A stretch of 64,000 bases of DNA from an uncultured Gemmatimonadales bacterium (GCA_963795085.1 CAWCFX010000001.1:64001-128000); one strand, 5' to 3'. Numbered from the stretch's first letter, positions 49,599 to 62,973 are shown. The notes: generated by a model from the sequence alone, not told the origin. Translations and numbers: made by a program.

Positions 49599-50350
49599 AT
49601 CTTTACGCTGCCCAGGTAGGCCTCGATGACTTCGTTGGTCGGGCCGTCCAACTGGACCTTGCCCCGGTCGAGCCATACCGCGCGGGTGCAGAGGGAGCGA
49701 ATGGCGGCCATGTCGTGCGAGACAGTCACCAGGGTACGGCCGGAGCGGCGGAATTCCTGCAGCCGGTCGAGGCAGCGTTGCCGGAAGGCCTGGTCGCCGA
49801 CCGCGAGCACCTCGTCGAGCAGCAGGATGTCAGGCTCCGCGCACACGGCCACGGCAAACGCGAGCCTGGCCAGCATGCCCGAGGAGTAATACTTCACCGG
49901 TTCGCTGATGAAGTCCCCGATTTCCGCGAAGGCTACGATCCTCGGGAAAGCGGCGTCGATGTCGGCCGCGGCGAATCCCAGGACCGAGGAGTAGAGCCGG
50001 ACGTTCTCGACGCCGGTCAGTTCGGGGTTAAACCCGGAGCCGAGCTCGATGACCGCGGTGGTTCGCCCGGTGGTCTCCACGGACCCTTCGGAGGGCTCGT
50101 AGATGCCGGCGATCAGCCGGAGCGCGGTGCTCTTGCCCGATCCGTTGGTGCCGATCAGGGCGACGCTTTCCCCTGACTGGATGTCGAGGTCGAGGCCGCT
50201 CAGGGTGAACTCCGGATACCGGACGGTGGTTGGCCGCCGGCGAACGCTCCGGATGAAGAATTCCCGCAGGGTCCGGGTACGATGCTCGTACCGGTAGAAC
50301 CGCTTGACCACGCCGCGGCAGGAAATGGCCGTGCTAGACGAGTTCGACAA
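49595..50350 (-). CDS. wzt: Polysaccharide ABC exporter ATP-binding subunit
   Basis: GTNGSGKS, GFNPELTG.EN, YSSGM..RLAF, LLDEVLAVGD, VSH. Confidence 0.95.
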   Translation of the reverse strand: MSNSSSTAISCRGVVKRFYRYEHRTRTLREFFIRSVRRRPTTVRYPEFTLSGLDLDIQSGESVALIGTNGSGKSTALRLIAGIYEPSEGSVETTGRTTAVIELGSGFNPELTGVENVRLYSSVLGFAAADIDAAFPRIVAFAEIGDFISEPVKYYSSGMLARLAFAVAVCAEPDILLLDEVLAVGDQAFRQRCLDRLQEFRRSGRTLVTVSHDMAAIRSLCTRAVWLDRGKVQLDGPTNEVIEAYLGSVKI

Positions 50351-51167
50351 GAATCGGCTTGAAGCGGTTGAACAGCCGGTATCCCACCACCCAGAGGACG
50401 ATCGCGGCGCTGCCGAGACCGGCCAGGTGCGCCACCGACGGGAATACTCCCTCGTAGAGCACCGTGTGATACGCGGTAAGGAGCCCGGCGATAGGATTGA
50501 GGTAATAGATCGGCGTGAGGGATTCCGGCACCAGCGTCGCCGGATAGAAGACCGGGGAGAGGTAGAACAGCATCAGCAGGAGAACGGGAATCACGTGCTG
50601 CACGTCGTTGTAGAAGCCGGCCAGCGTGGCCACGCACAGGGCCAGCCCGGTAACGATCAGGACCTGGAGGACCAGGAGCAGGGGGAGCACCAGGTAGGAG
50701 GCGGGCACACCCCGGTGATAAAAGAAGATGAGGCCGAGCAGGGCCAGCACCAGTTCAACCGAGAACTCGACGAGGCGACTGCCGGTGGCGGCGAACAGGG
50801 GGATTTCCAGTGGAAAGGCCACGCTCCGGCGCAGGGTGGCGTGCTCCACCAGGAAGGTCGTGCTGGTGGTGATCATCTGCATCGCGAAGTTCCAGACGAA
50901 ATACCCACTCAGGAGAAAGGCCCAGTAGCCGGGGACCTGGATCTTTATGACGTAACTGAACACGATGACGAGCACCGCCACCGTCAGGAGGGGGTTGAGC
51001 AGGGTCCACACGAACCCCAGGGCGGATCGCTGGTATTTGACCTTGAGGTTCCGCACGACGAGGCTGCGGAGGAGTTCCCGGTAGCGCCAGAGTTCGGCCA
51101 GGGAACCGCGCTCCCGCCCGGCGATCCTTCGCACCGTCGGCTTGCCGGTTTGCGGAAGACTGGTCAT
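50334..51167 (-). CDS. wzm: Polysaccharide ABC exporter permease
   Basis: RNLKVKYQRSALGFVWTLLNP, SPVFY, LNP; about six TM segments. Confidence 0.95.
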   Translation of the reverse strand: MTSLPQTGKPTVRRIAGRERGSLAELWRYRELLRSLVVRNLKVKYQRSALGFVWTLLNPLLTVAVLVIVFSYVIKIQVPGYWAFLLSGYFVWNFAMQMITTSTTFLVEHATLRRSVAFPLEIPLFAATGSRLVEFSVELVLALLGLIFFYHRGVPASYLVLPLLLVLQVLIVTGLALCVATLAGFYNDVQHVIPVLLLMLFYLSPVFYPATLVPESLTPIYYLNPIAGLLTAYHTVLYEGVFPSVAHLAGLGSAAIVLWVVGYRLFNRFKPILVELV

Positions 51168-52198
51168 GACATTCCGCCCGTGGCCGCGGCTACCCGGTGC
51201 CGCGCCAGGATGCGGGCCCGGGGGTAGGCCCAGAGGCCGCGCCAGCAGTGTCCCCACATGCGGAGCAGGAGCGCGGCGGGGAGGGGATCCCGACCCAGGA
51301 GCCGGCGGACCAGCCGGACCCCGGGCTTGGCCAGGCGCCAGGCCAGAAAGGCCGCCACGCTCCAGCGGGCCCGTCCCCGGGTCCGGACCACCTGCTTCGC
51401 GAGCAGGGCGATCAGGGCGCGCTGGTGGCCCACGATCTGAGCTTCGGCCGCGGCCACGTCCTGGCGATGCTCGTGCCGGGCCACCGCGTCCGGCCGGTAC
51501 ACGATCTCGTGTCCGGCCTGCAGCATCCGCCAGAGCATATCGTGATCGCCGCCCCCCGGGAGCGCCTGCCCCAGGTCGAGGGCCTCGTCAAATCCGCCAA
51601 GCTCGCGGACTACATCCCGCCGCACCGCGAGGCTGCACCCGCTCCCGATGCTCACGGCCCAGGCGATCAGGGGCGCCGGGCGGCCATGCAGGGGCTGGCC
51701 ACGATCACGGGGCAACCGGATCTCGACTGTTCCGCGACTGAACCCGCCGTTCGCTTCGAAGAGCCGTTGGCCTTCCGTGTCCAGGGCGAACGCCTCGACC
51801 CGCCCGGTGCAGGCCGCGACCCCGGGCTGCTCCAGCAGCGGCTGCGCGGCGGCGATGGTCCACCCCGGGTCCGCGACGGCATCGTCGTCAAGGAAGAGGA
51901 CGATGTCCGAAATCGCCGACTCGATTGCACGATTCCGGGCGAAGTCCAGGCCGGGAATTGGTTCCCGCACTACCCGGATACGGGGGAACTCGCGGAGGAG
52001 CAACTCCCGGGTGGCCGGCGTCGAACCATTGTCCACCACCAGGATTTCCTCCGGAATCCCGACCTGCTCCTGGAGTGAGCGCAGGGTGCGGGCCAGCGAT
52101 GCCGGCCGATCGCGGGTGCAGACGGCCACGGTCACGGGAAGCGTTGCCGCATCCGACCTGGCGGGCTCGATCTCGAAAGGCGGGGCGCCCGGTGTCAT
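51164..52198 (-). CDS. Glycosyltransferase family 2
   Basis: VCTRDR, VVDNGS, ARNRA, FLDDD, GGFDE; start approximate. Confidence 0.9.
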   Translation of the reverse strand: MTPGAPPFEIEPARSDAATLPVTVAVCTRDRPASLARTLRSLQEQVGIPEEILVVDNGSTPATRELLLREFPRIRVVREPIPGLDFARNRAIESAISDIVLFLDDDAVADPGWTIAAAQPLLEQPGVAACTGRVEAFALDTEGQRLFEANGGFSRGTVEIRLPRDRGQPLHGRPAPLIAWAVSIGSGCSLAVRRDVVRELGGFDEALDLGQALPGGGDHDMLWRMLQAGHEIVYRPDAVARHEHRQDVAAAEAQIVGHQRALIALLAKQVVRTRGRARWSVAAFLAWRLAKPGVRLVRRLLGRDPLPAALLLRMWGHCWRGLWAYPRARILARHRVAAATGGMS

Positions 52199-52212
52199 TT
52201 CGCGGAGGATAC

Positions 52213-53172
52213 CTATCGCCACCGGGGCCGGGCCCCCGCCAACCCGGGTGAGCGGACCAGCCAGCGCCACCCTCCAAGCACAAATGCGGTGGCGTAGACC
52301 AGGCGGCTGAGGAGAATCATGGGAACAAATTGGAGGACGGCTGGCTTCTTCGCCATGAGCCATGTTCCCGTTATGTACCCGGTCTCCAGCAGGGCCAGGG
52401 GATAGGCCAGAACCAGGGCCAACGCAGGACTTCGGTATAGTGACGAAAGCCGAGCCGTGCCGCTCCCGCTTTTCGCTTCGAGGGCACTGTACCCCCAGCG
52501 ATAGGTGCGCCGGACCAGGTTGCCCAGTCCTGGACGATTGAAATGACGCGCCGCGGCGGAAGGCTCGAAATACAGCCGGACTCCGCGCCGGTCCAGGGCG
52601 GCCTGCCACTCGAGTTCCTCGTGCCCGTCGGCCACAGGGAGCCGTTCCGTGAACCCCGGGGTGGAACCGAATAGATCCTTGCGAACGCTCAGGTTGGCCG
52701 GTGTGTGGTGCCGCACCACGCCGGCCCCCCGGCGAGGATGGACGTGGTAGGCTGAGGCGTAATAGTCACCGCGCGCAGTCCAGCTGAGGCCGGGGGGAAG
52801 GGAAAGGGATCCTCCGACCATCGAATATCCCCGCCCATGAGCTTGCAAGTGCCCGTGGAGCCACCCCGCGTCCGGCAGGCAGTCCCCATCCAGAAAGAGC
52901 AGGATGTCTCCGGTCGCCTCCCTTGCGGCCAGGTTGCGCGCCGCGGCGGGGTTGCCTTCGCCGCCGCCGGTGGGGAGGACCCTGGCTCCTGCCCGGGCGG
53001 CCAGGGATGCCGTCCCGTCGGTTGATCCATCGTCCGCCACCAGGACTTCGACCCGCGAACCGCTTGCGGCCTGGTCCAGGACCGCTCGCACCACGGCATC
53101 GATTCGGGGTGCCTCGTTACGGGCAGGAATGATGACGGAAACCGCGAATGTTCGCTCAGTGTCAGTCGGCAC
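52213..53172 (-). CDS. Glycosyltransferase family 2 with C-terminal TM helices
   Basis: IIPARNE, ADDGSTD, FLDGDC; start approximate. Confidence 0.9.
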   Translation of the reverse strand: MPTDTERTFAVSVIIPARNEAPRIDAVVRAVLDQAASGSRVEVLVADDGSTDGTASLAARAGARVLPTGGGEGNPAAARNLAAREATGDILLFLDGDCLPDAGWLHGHLQAHGRGYSMVGGSLSLPPGLSWTARGDYYASAYHVHPRRGAGVVRHHTPANLSVRKDLFGSTPGFTERLPVADGHEELEWQAALDRRGVRLYFEPSAAARHFNRPGLGNLVRRTYRWGYSALEAKSGSGTARLSSLYRSPALALVLAYPLALLETGYITGTWLMAKKPAVLQFVPMILLSRLVYATAFVLGGWRWLVRSPGLAGARPRWR

Positions 53173-54472
53173 GGTGACGCAGCGGCGGGACCGATTCGTA
53201 CAATTCATCGACCGACCGGACAAACGAACTCCACGCGAGGTGCTCCCGGGCGAATCCCTGTCCGGCGAGTGCCAGCCGGCCGGCTTTCTCCGGATCGCGC
53301 AGGAGCGCGACGATTGCCCGTCCCAGGGCCTGTTTGTCGGGGCCGACCAGCAGGGCTCGGTCCTGGGTCAGCACCGATCGGTGACTGGGTACGTCCGTCG
53401 CGACGATCGGGCGGCCGGCCGCCATATAGTCGAAAATCTTGAGGGGGAGGTTGCCGCCGAAGAGCCGGGGCGAGACCAGGACATCGGCCAGCGCCAGGTA
53501 CGGGGGAATCTGTTCCCGCGGCTGCCGCTCTATCAGCATGATCTGGGCACCCGGAATGCCGAGCGCCAGCTGCCTGATCCGGGCGGCGGCCGCTTCCCCG
53601 TCCATGCCGATCAGCAGGAAGACGGTGTCGGGCACCTTGCGCGCAACGTAGGGAGCCGCGCCGACCAGCAGGTGCAGGCCCTGGTAGGGCTCGAACGTCC
53701 CGCTGTAGACCACGACTTTCTGATCGAGGCGGATTCCCAGGGATCCGCGAAGCTCGGCCACCTTCGCCTCCTCCACGGGTTCGATCTCGCTGGAAAAGTG
53801 CCACTCCACGACGTGCGACCGCGGTGCCACGGCGCGCACCCGCTCGGCGAGGCCGGCGCTGCTAACCACCCTGGTGGCGTGGTTCAGAAGCCAGCGCTCT
53901 GCCCAGTTGAAAAAACTCCGGCATGCCCGGTTCCGGAACGGGGGAAGACTTCCCATCTGCTCCGCCATGCTGGAGTGCATGTCATAGATGACTGGAACCC
54001 CATACCGGGAGCCCCAGTATGCGGCCCCGAAGGCCGATTCTTCCAGCGCATGAACCGCCTGGTATCGCCCACTCGCCAGCAACCGACGCAGGCAGGCGAA
54101 GAGGCTGGTGTCCAGCAGGAGCTTCCGGATTGAGAAACCGATTGGAACCTGCCGGATCCGGAACGGGTTGGCCGAGCGATGGATATGAACTCCGGGCAGG
54201 GGGACCGGGTCGCCGATGGGGTAGGTGAGGACGTCCACTTCATGCCCCAGCTGAGTCAGGGCCTCGAGCACCTGGCGGACGCATATGGGAGTGCCCCGGT
54301 CGGCATAGAATGGCTCCGGCGCCACCACCAGGATCCGGCCAGTGGCCCCGGGCGCCGGAGCGTCCTGTGGTGCCGACGCGACACTCACGGGGATACTGCG
54401 ATCCCGGGCCGTGCCCTGGTGGTGGCTGTGCTTCTTCCGCGCGAGGAGATGCGTCACCCGACTGGCCGGCAT
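53162..54472 (-). CDS. Glycosyltransferase family 4
   Basis: DRGTP, YSGTFEPYQG, PLKIFDYMAAGRPIV; true start may be about 54388. Confidence 0.9.
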   Translation of the reverse strand: MPASRVTHLLARKKHSHHQGTARDRSIPVSVASAPQDAPAPGATGRILVVAPEPFYADRGTPICVRQVLEALTQLGHEVDVLTYPIGDPVPLPGVHIHRSANPFRIRQVPIGFSIRKLLLDTSLFACLRRLLASGRYQAVHALEESAFGAAYWGSRYGVPVIYDMHSSMAEQMGSLPPFRNRACRSFFNWAERWLLNHATRVVSSAGLAERVRAVAPRSHVVEWHFSSEIEPVEEAKVAELRGSLGIRLDQKVVVYSGTFEPYQGLHLLVGAAPYVARKVPDTVFLLIGMDGEAAAARIRQLALGIPGAQIMLIERQPREQIPPYLALADVLVSPRLFGGNLPLKIFDYMAAGRPIVATDVPSHRSVLTQDRALLVGPDKQALGRAIVALLRDPEKAGRLALAGQGFAREHLAWSSFVRSVDELYESVPPLRHRAD

Positions 54473-54657
54473 AAGTAACTATTTAACATAGACATAAGGT
54501 CCAAGGATCAAGCCAGGACACGCTGGTGTCGGCCTGAAAGATAGCCGGGTGTGGGGCCATACCGCTGAATATCCCGTGCCATTGATTGCGGTGCGGGGAT
54601 ATAGGTAGCCCCTATCCGTCCCATCGAGGCGGTGAATGGGAGGGCCGCGGTTCCGGT

Positions 54658-55575
54658 CTAGAAGCTTCGCTGGATCCGGATCAGCGCCAGCATCGCGCCG
54701 TGACGAACCAGAGGGCGGGGGCTTCGGAGTGCGGTGGTAATGGCTGGAAGGGCGGGACGGCCCTTGGCGACGAGCGCCTCAACGGCGGCATGGCGGATCA
54801 CCTCCGACGAATCGTCAAGGAGGCGAACCAGGGTGGTGGCGGCCATCCGGTTCGAAGGGTGGGAGGCACCCAGCCGCCGGATCGCCAGGACCCGGGTCTC
54901 AGGGTCGCTATCCAACAGTCCCTCGGTGAGCAGCAGATCCGGATCAGCCAGGACCCGGCGGGTGCCAATCCGGTCCACCGCCCACTGGGCCATGTGGCGG
55001 ACGTCGACAACGGAATCACTGCTGGCCAGGCTGGTGAGCTCGGCAACGGCACCGCTCGCGATGGGACCCATTTCACCCAGGCCATACGCCGCCCGGCGGC
55101 GGACGTTAGGGGAGCGGTTTTTCAGGGCCAGAACCAGCGGCTCCTGGGACTCCGGCCCGATGTGGGCCAGGGCCCACGCCGCTGTGAAACCGAGCGAATC
55201 GTCGCGGCCATTGAGATGCCGGGTGATGGCGGGGATAAAGGGAATGGCCTCGTCCCCGTATTGACCCAGCATGCCGAGTCCGCCCTGTTGTTCGGCACGG
55301 AAGGAGGAAGAAACCATGCGTCCCCAGTGCTCTACCGGAAGCCTGGGGCCTGCGGGGAGCGTGTCGGCACCATCGTTCGAACTCCCCGACCCGGCGCGAG
55401 CGGACGCATCCCCCTGGCGGCCGCCCGCGGCGCCACCCCCGCCGCGCCGGAGCGGGGCGCCCTGCCGGTCCACGGCGTTCCCGCCACTGCCCGCGTTGCC
55501 CCCCCTCCCCGGCGGGTCACCACAGTCCGTGACCGCCACGGCGCAGATCGCCAGCATCACGAACCGTTTCCACAT
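54658..55575 (-). CDS. Exported HEAT-repeat protein (possible lipoprotein)
   Basis: Signal peptide with Cys, Gly-rich linker, repeats NVRRRAAYGLG, DVRHMAQWAV, VIRHAAVEAL. Confidence 0.75.
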   Translation of the reverse strand: MWKRFVMLAICAVAVTDCGDPPGRGGNAGSGGNAVDRQGAPLRRGGGGAAGGRQGDASARAGSGSSNDGADTLPAGPRLPVEHWGRMVSSSFRAEQQGGLGMLGQYGDEAIPFIPAITRHLNGRDDSLGFTAAWALAHIGPESQEPLVLALKNRSPNVRRRAAYGLGEMGPIASGAVAELTSLASSDSVVDVRHMAQWAVDRIGTRRVLADPDLLLTEGLLDSDPETRVLAIRRLGASHPSNRMAATTLVRLLDDSSEVIRHAAVEALVAKGRPALPAITTALRSPRPLVRHGAMLALIRIQRSF

Positions 55576-55584
55576 ACCGACCCT

Positions 55585-56748
55585 CTACCTGAGAAGCAGC
55601 TTCGCGATCGTCTGCAGCTGCATGTTGCTGGTGCCCTCGTAGATGGTGCCGATCTTGGCGTCCCGGTAGAACTTCTCCGCGGGGTACTCCCGGGTATATC
55701 CGTACCCGCCGAACAGCTCCAGGCTGAGCGACGTCACCCGCTCCGCCACCTGGGACGCAAACAGCTTCGCCATGGCGGCCTGCTGGGTGAAGTTCTGCCC
55801 GGTATCCCGGAGCCGGGCCGCGTTATACACCAGGCAACGGGCCGCCTCGAGGTCAGTCGCCGCCTGCGCCAGCTGGAACTGGACGCCCTGGAACTCGGCG
55901 ATGGCCTTGCCGAACGCCTTGCGTTCCTTGACATAGGCCACCGCGGCATCGAGCGCGCCCTGGGCCACGCCGATCATCTGGGCTCCGATACCGATCCGGC
56001 CCTCGTTCAGCGTTTCAATGGAGACCTTGTAGCCCTGGCCCACCGGGCCCAGCACGTTGCTGGCCGGCACCTGGCAGTCGTCCATGACCAGCTCCGTGGT
56101 GCTGGAGGCCTTGATCCCCAGTTTGTGCTCCCGCTTGCCGACCGAGAAACCCGGGAAGTCCCGTTCCACGATGAAGGCGGTGATGCCCTTATAACCCTTG
56201 GAGGGATCCACCGTGGCGAACACGATGAAGAACCCCGCCTCCGCCCCGTTGGTGATCCACATCTTGCTGCCGTTCAGGACCCAGTGGTCTCCCTTCTGGA
56301 GCGCCGACGTGGAGAGGGAAAACGCGTCGCTGCCGCTACCCGGCTCGGAGAGCGCATAGGCGCCCAGCAGATCGGTGGCCAGCCGGGGCAGGTAGCGCGC
56401 TTTCTGCTCGTCGTTGGCCCAGCGGATCACGCAGTTGTTGACCAGGGTATTGTGGACATCCACGTAGATCGCCGCCGCCGCGTCCACCCGGGACATCTCC
56501 TCGATGGCCAGGACGGACAGGAAGATCGAAGCGCCCGAGCCACCGTACTGCTCGGGGATCTCGATGCCCATGATGCCCAGCGCGAAGAACCGGGCGATCA
56601 GCTCGGGCTTAAAGGCGCCGGCCTCGTCCATCTCGTGGACATAGGGGCGAAGTTCGCTGTCGGCGAACTCACGAATGGTGGCCCGAAAGAGCTCTTCCTC
56701 TTCGGTAATGGTCGTCAGGGCACGGGGGGCGGCGGACAGGTCCTGCAT
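55585..56748 (-). CDS. Acyl-CoA dehydrogenase (short/branched-chain type)
   Basis: ALSEPGSGSD, LNGSKMWITN, KLGIKAS, GGYGY, IYEGTSN. Confidence 0.95.
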   Translation of the reverse strand: MQDLSAAPRALTTITEEEELFRATIREFADSELRPYVHEMDEAGAFKPELIARFFALGIMGIEIPEQYGGSGASIFLSVLAIEEMSRVDAAAAIYVDVHNTLVNNCVIRWANDEQKARYLPRLATDLLGAYALSEPGSGSDAFSLSTSALQKGDHWVLNGSKMWITNGAEAGFFIVFATVDPSKGYKGITAFIVERDFPGFSVGKREHKLGIKASSTTELVMDDCQVPASNVLGPVGQGYKVSIETLNEGRIGIGAQMIGVAQGALDAAVAYVKERKAFGKAIAEFQGVQFQLAQAATDLEAARCLVYNAARLRDTGQNFTQQAAMAKLFASQVAERVTSLSLELFGGYGYTREYPAEKFYRDAKIGTIYEGTSNMQLQTIAKLLLR

Positions 56749-56790
56749 GGGATCTCCGGGGTTGCTACGGTGGGGAGATAATAATCCTCT

Positions 56791-58635
56791 TCACCGCTCG
56801 ACCGCCAGCACGTTTTCGAGAACATCGAGCGCCACCGGGACTCTACCCAGCGGGGCGGCCACCTGGACGCCCTGGACCCGTCCCCGGATCTCCTCCAGCA
56901 TCTCGCGGGCAATCGCGACCCCTTCGGCCAGTGCCGCCTCCTTGCCCCGGTTGCTGGCCTGCCGCATCCGTCCCAGCACCGCCTCCGGGACGCTGACCCC
57001 GGGCACTTCGTTGGCCAGGAACTCCGCGTTGCGGAGCGACACCAGGGGCCAGATGCCGCCCACGATCGGCAGCTGGAACGGCGCCACCCGCTTGAGAAAG
57101 CGGTCGAACTGGGCCAGGTCGAAGACCGGCTGGGTGACCGCGAACTCGGCGCCCGCTTCCACCTTCCAGGCCAGCCGCCGCAGTTCCCGCTCCTGGTCGG
57201 CCGCGGTCGGGTTCACCCCGACGCCGATCACGAAGCTGGTCTGGCTGCCCAGGCTGTTGCCACCCGGATCGAGGCCCTGGTTGAGCCGGGAGACCAGGTT
57301 GGTGAGGCCGATCGAGTCGATGTCGAAGACGGCGGTCGCGTCGGGATAAGGCCCCATCTTGGGCGGGTCGCCCGTGATGATGAGGAGGTTCCGAAGATCG
57401 CCGGCCGCGGCGCTCAACAGGTCGGAGAGCATGCCCAGCAGGTTGCGGTCGCGGCAGCAGTAGTGCACCACCGCCTCGATCCCGACCTCGCGCTGGATGA
57501 GGAGCGCGGAGATCAGGGCTCCCATTCTGCTCTGGGCGCGGGGACCATCGGGAATATTCACGACATCCACGCCGGCCGCATGGAGCTGGCGGCACTGGGC
57601 AAACATCGGCTCCGGGTCGGTGCCCTTGGGGGGGACGATCTCGACCGCGGTGGTAAACAGTCCCCGGGCCAGCTTGGCGCCCAGCGCCGAACGGCTGGCG
57701 AGCGGCGTCGGCACGCTGCTGGCGGACTGCTGCACGGCAGGCGTCGTCGTGTGGTGATGGCGGGGGGACACGCTCTGCACGAACCCAACGATGGCGCGGA
57801 TGTGTTCGGGCGTGGTGCCGCAACACCCTCCAACGAACCGGGCGCCGGCTTCGACCATCCGGCGCGCATAGCTCGCCATGTACTCGGGCGAGGCCATGTA
57901 GATCTTGCGGTCGCCCACCGCCCGGGGCAGGCCGGCGTTGGGCTGGGCCGACAGCGGGACCGTCGTGCTCCGGGCCAGCGCCTCGATCGCTTCCAGCACG
58001 CCGTGGGGGCCGACGGAGCAGTTGACGCCGAGGACCTCCACCGGCATCGCCGCGATCGCGGGGCCGAAAACGGATGGATCGGTGCCATAGTGGGTGCGGC
58101 CATCCTCGCCGACCGTCATCTGGGCGACGATGGGCAGGTCGCTCAGGCCGCGCACCGCATCGACCGCGGCACGGAGTTCCTCCACGTCGCTGAAGGTTTC
58201 CAGGATGAACCCGTCAACCCCGCCCTCCAGGAGCCCGACTGCCTGGCGGGCAAAGGCCGCCACCGCCTCGGCCACCGAGGTCTCGCCGAACGGCTCGATC
58301 CGGATGCCCAGCGGGCCGATCGCGCCGAGCACCGCGGCGCGGTCTCCCGCGGCGTCTCGCGCCAGGGCGGCGGCGGCGGTATTGATCCGCTCGGTCTCGT
58401 CGGCGAGCCCATAGTGGGCCAGCTTCACCGGGTTGGCGCCAAAGGTGTTGGTTTCCAGGACTTCGGCGCCGGCCCGGGCGTACTCGCGGTGAATGTCCCG
58501 GATCAGGTCGGGCTGCCGCAGGTTTAGCTCGTCGTAACAGACGTTGACGAAGACGCCGCGGCCGTAGAGCACGGTGCCCATGGCCCCGTCGAAGACATGG
58601 ACCCGGCCATCGGCGAGGAGCTGGCGGAACCGCAT
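56791..58635 (-). CDS. yitJ: Bifunctional homocysteine S-methyltransferase / methylenetetrahydrofolate reductase
   Basis: [33 protein letters not shown] half with EIVPP, CRDRN, TGDPP, TQPVF. Confidence 0.93.
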   Translation of the reverse strand: MRFRQLLADGRVHVFDGAMGTVLYGRGVFVNVCYDELNLRQPDLIRDIHREYARAGAEVLETNTFGANPVKLAHYGLADETERINTAAAALARDAAGDRAAVLGAIGPLGIRIEPFGETSVAEAVAAFARQAVGLLEGGVDGFILETFSDVEELRAAVDAVRGLSDLPIVAQMTVGEDGRTHYGTDPSVFGPAIAAMPVEVLGVNCSVGPHGVLEAIEALARSTTVPLSAQPNAGLPRAVGDRKIYMASPEYMASYARRMVEAGARFVGGCCGTTPEHIRAIVGFVQSVSPRHHHTTTPAVQQSASSVPTPLASRSALGAKLARGLFTTAVEIVPPKGTDPEPMFAQCRQLHAAGVDVVNIPDGPRAQSRMGALISALLIQREVGIEAVVHYCCRDRNLLGMLSDLLSAAAGDLRNLLIITGDPPKMGPYPDATAVFDIDSIGLTNLVSRLNQGLDPGGNSLGSQTSFVIGVGVNPTAADQERELRRLAWKVEAGAEFAVTQPVFDLAQFDRFLKRVAPFQLPIVGGIWPLVSLRNAEFLANEVPGVSVPEAVLGRMRQASNRGKEAALAEGVAIAREMLEEIRGRVQGVQVAAPLGRVPVALDVLENVLAVER

Positions 58636-58708
58636 CAGGCGGAACGGCCGACGGCGGGACGGGCTCGATAGTTTCTCACGCGCGGTCTCCCCTGGCAAAC
58701 GTCGTCAC

Positions 58709-58796
58709 ACTCACCCACTGACCCACTGACCTACTGACCTACTGACCCACTGACCCACTGACCTACTGACCCACTGACCTACTGACCCACTGACCT
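58709..58796. repeat. Tandem 8-bp repeat array ACTGACC(C/T), 10 units plus one degenerate unit
   Basis: Units at 58717-58796, ending one base from the metH stop codon. Confidence 0.97.
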
Positions 58797-58797
58797 A

Positions 58798-62517
<3,720 letters not shown>

Positions 62518-62534
62518 GGTCCCATGGGTCCAAG

Positions 62535-62564
62535 AAAAAAGCCCAGCTAAAACGAGGCTTGGGC
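62535..62564 (-). terminator. Intrinsic terminator of the metH leader (riboswitch expression platform)
   Basis: GCCCAAGC-cucguuuua-GCUGGGC followed by UUUUUU on the minus strand. Confidence 0.8.
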
Positions 62565-62566
62565 GG

Positions 62567-62616
62567 CGTTTTAGCAATTTCTTTAACGTGGCTGCAATAG
62601 GCGCAAATCACCACGG
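62567..62616 (-). ncRNA. SAM-II-type (SAM-II/SAM-V fold) riboswitch aptamer
   Basis: Minus strand CCGUGG-UGAUUU-GCGCCUA-UUGCAG-CCACG-UUAAAGAAAUU-GCUAAAACG: P1 CGUGG/CCACG with UGAUUU, UUGCA and GCUAAA motifs; upstream of metH. Confidence 0.88.
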
Positions 62617-62667
62617 CTTCGGTTGTGCTCGTAAGGTAACCGGGAAGCAGGGCGGGTGGCCAGAGGG

Positions 62668-62973
62668 TCAGGGCCCGGGGAGCAGTAACTCGCGGGCCTG
62701 GCGGGGCGTCATTCCCCGCACCATCACCGTCTTGCGCCGGCTGGTTGCGCCGGCCGTAAACGTGATGCTGTCGCGGGGGACCTGGAGCCGTCGGGCGAGA
62801 AAGCGGACCAGGGTGTCATTGGCCTCTCCGTCCACCGGAGGAGCGGCGAGCCGGATTCGCAGCCGTCCGCCATGCAGTCCCGCGACTTCGCTGGCCGCTG
62901 CGCGGGGCTGGACCAGGATGTGGATACGAAGATCGTTGGCCAGCGGCTCGAAGGGAGGCGGATCAGATTCCAA
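62668..62973 (-). CDS. yggU: DUF167 family protein
   Basis: VQPRAA, APPVDGEAN, GATSRRK. Confidence 0.92.
   Translation of the reverse strand: MESDPPPFEPLANDLRIHILVQPRAAASEVAGLHGGRLRIRLAAPPVDGEANDTLVRFLARRLQVPRDSITFTAGATSRRKTVMVRGMTPRQARELLLPGP

Noticed and set aside
34912..54472. Glycan locus as a mobile genomic island
   Set aside because: No integrase, transposase, tRNA or flanking direct repeats seen; a compositional shift could not be quantified by eye.
54560..54602. Sigma-54 promoter upstream of the glycan locus
   Set aside because: TGGCACG is present on the minus strand but the -12 position reads ATTC rather than TTGC; the sequence is also part of an imperfect hairpin.
62518..62667. 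Cobalamin or SAM-I (S-box) riboswitch before metH
   Set aside because: The leader is short and lacks B12-box or S-box motifs; the SAM-II pattern explains it.
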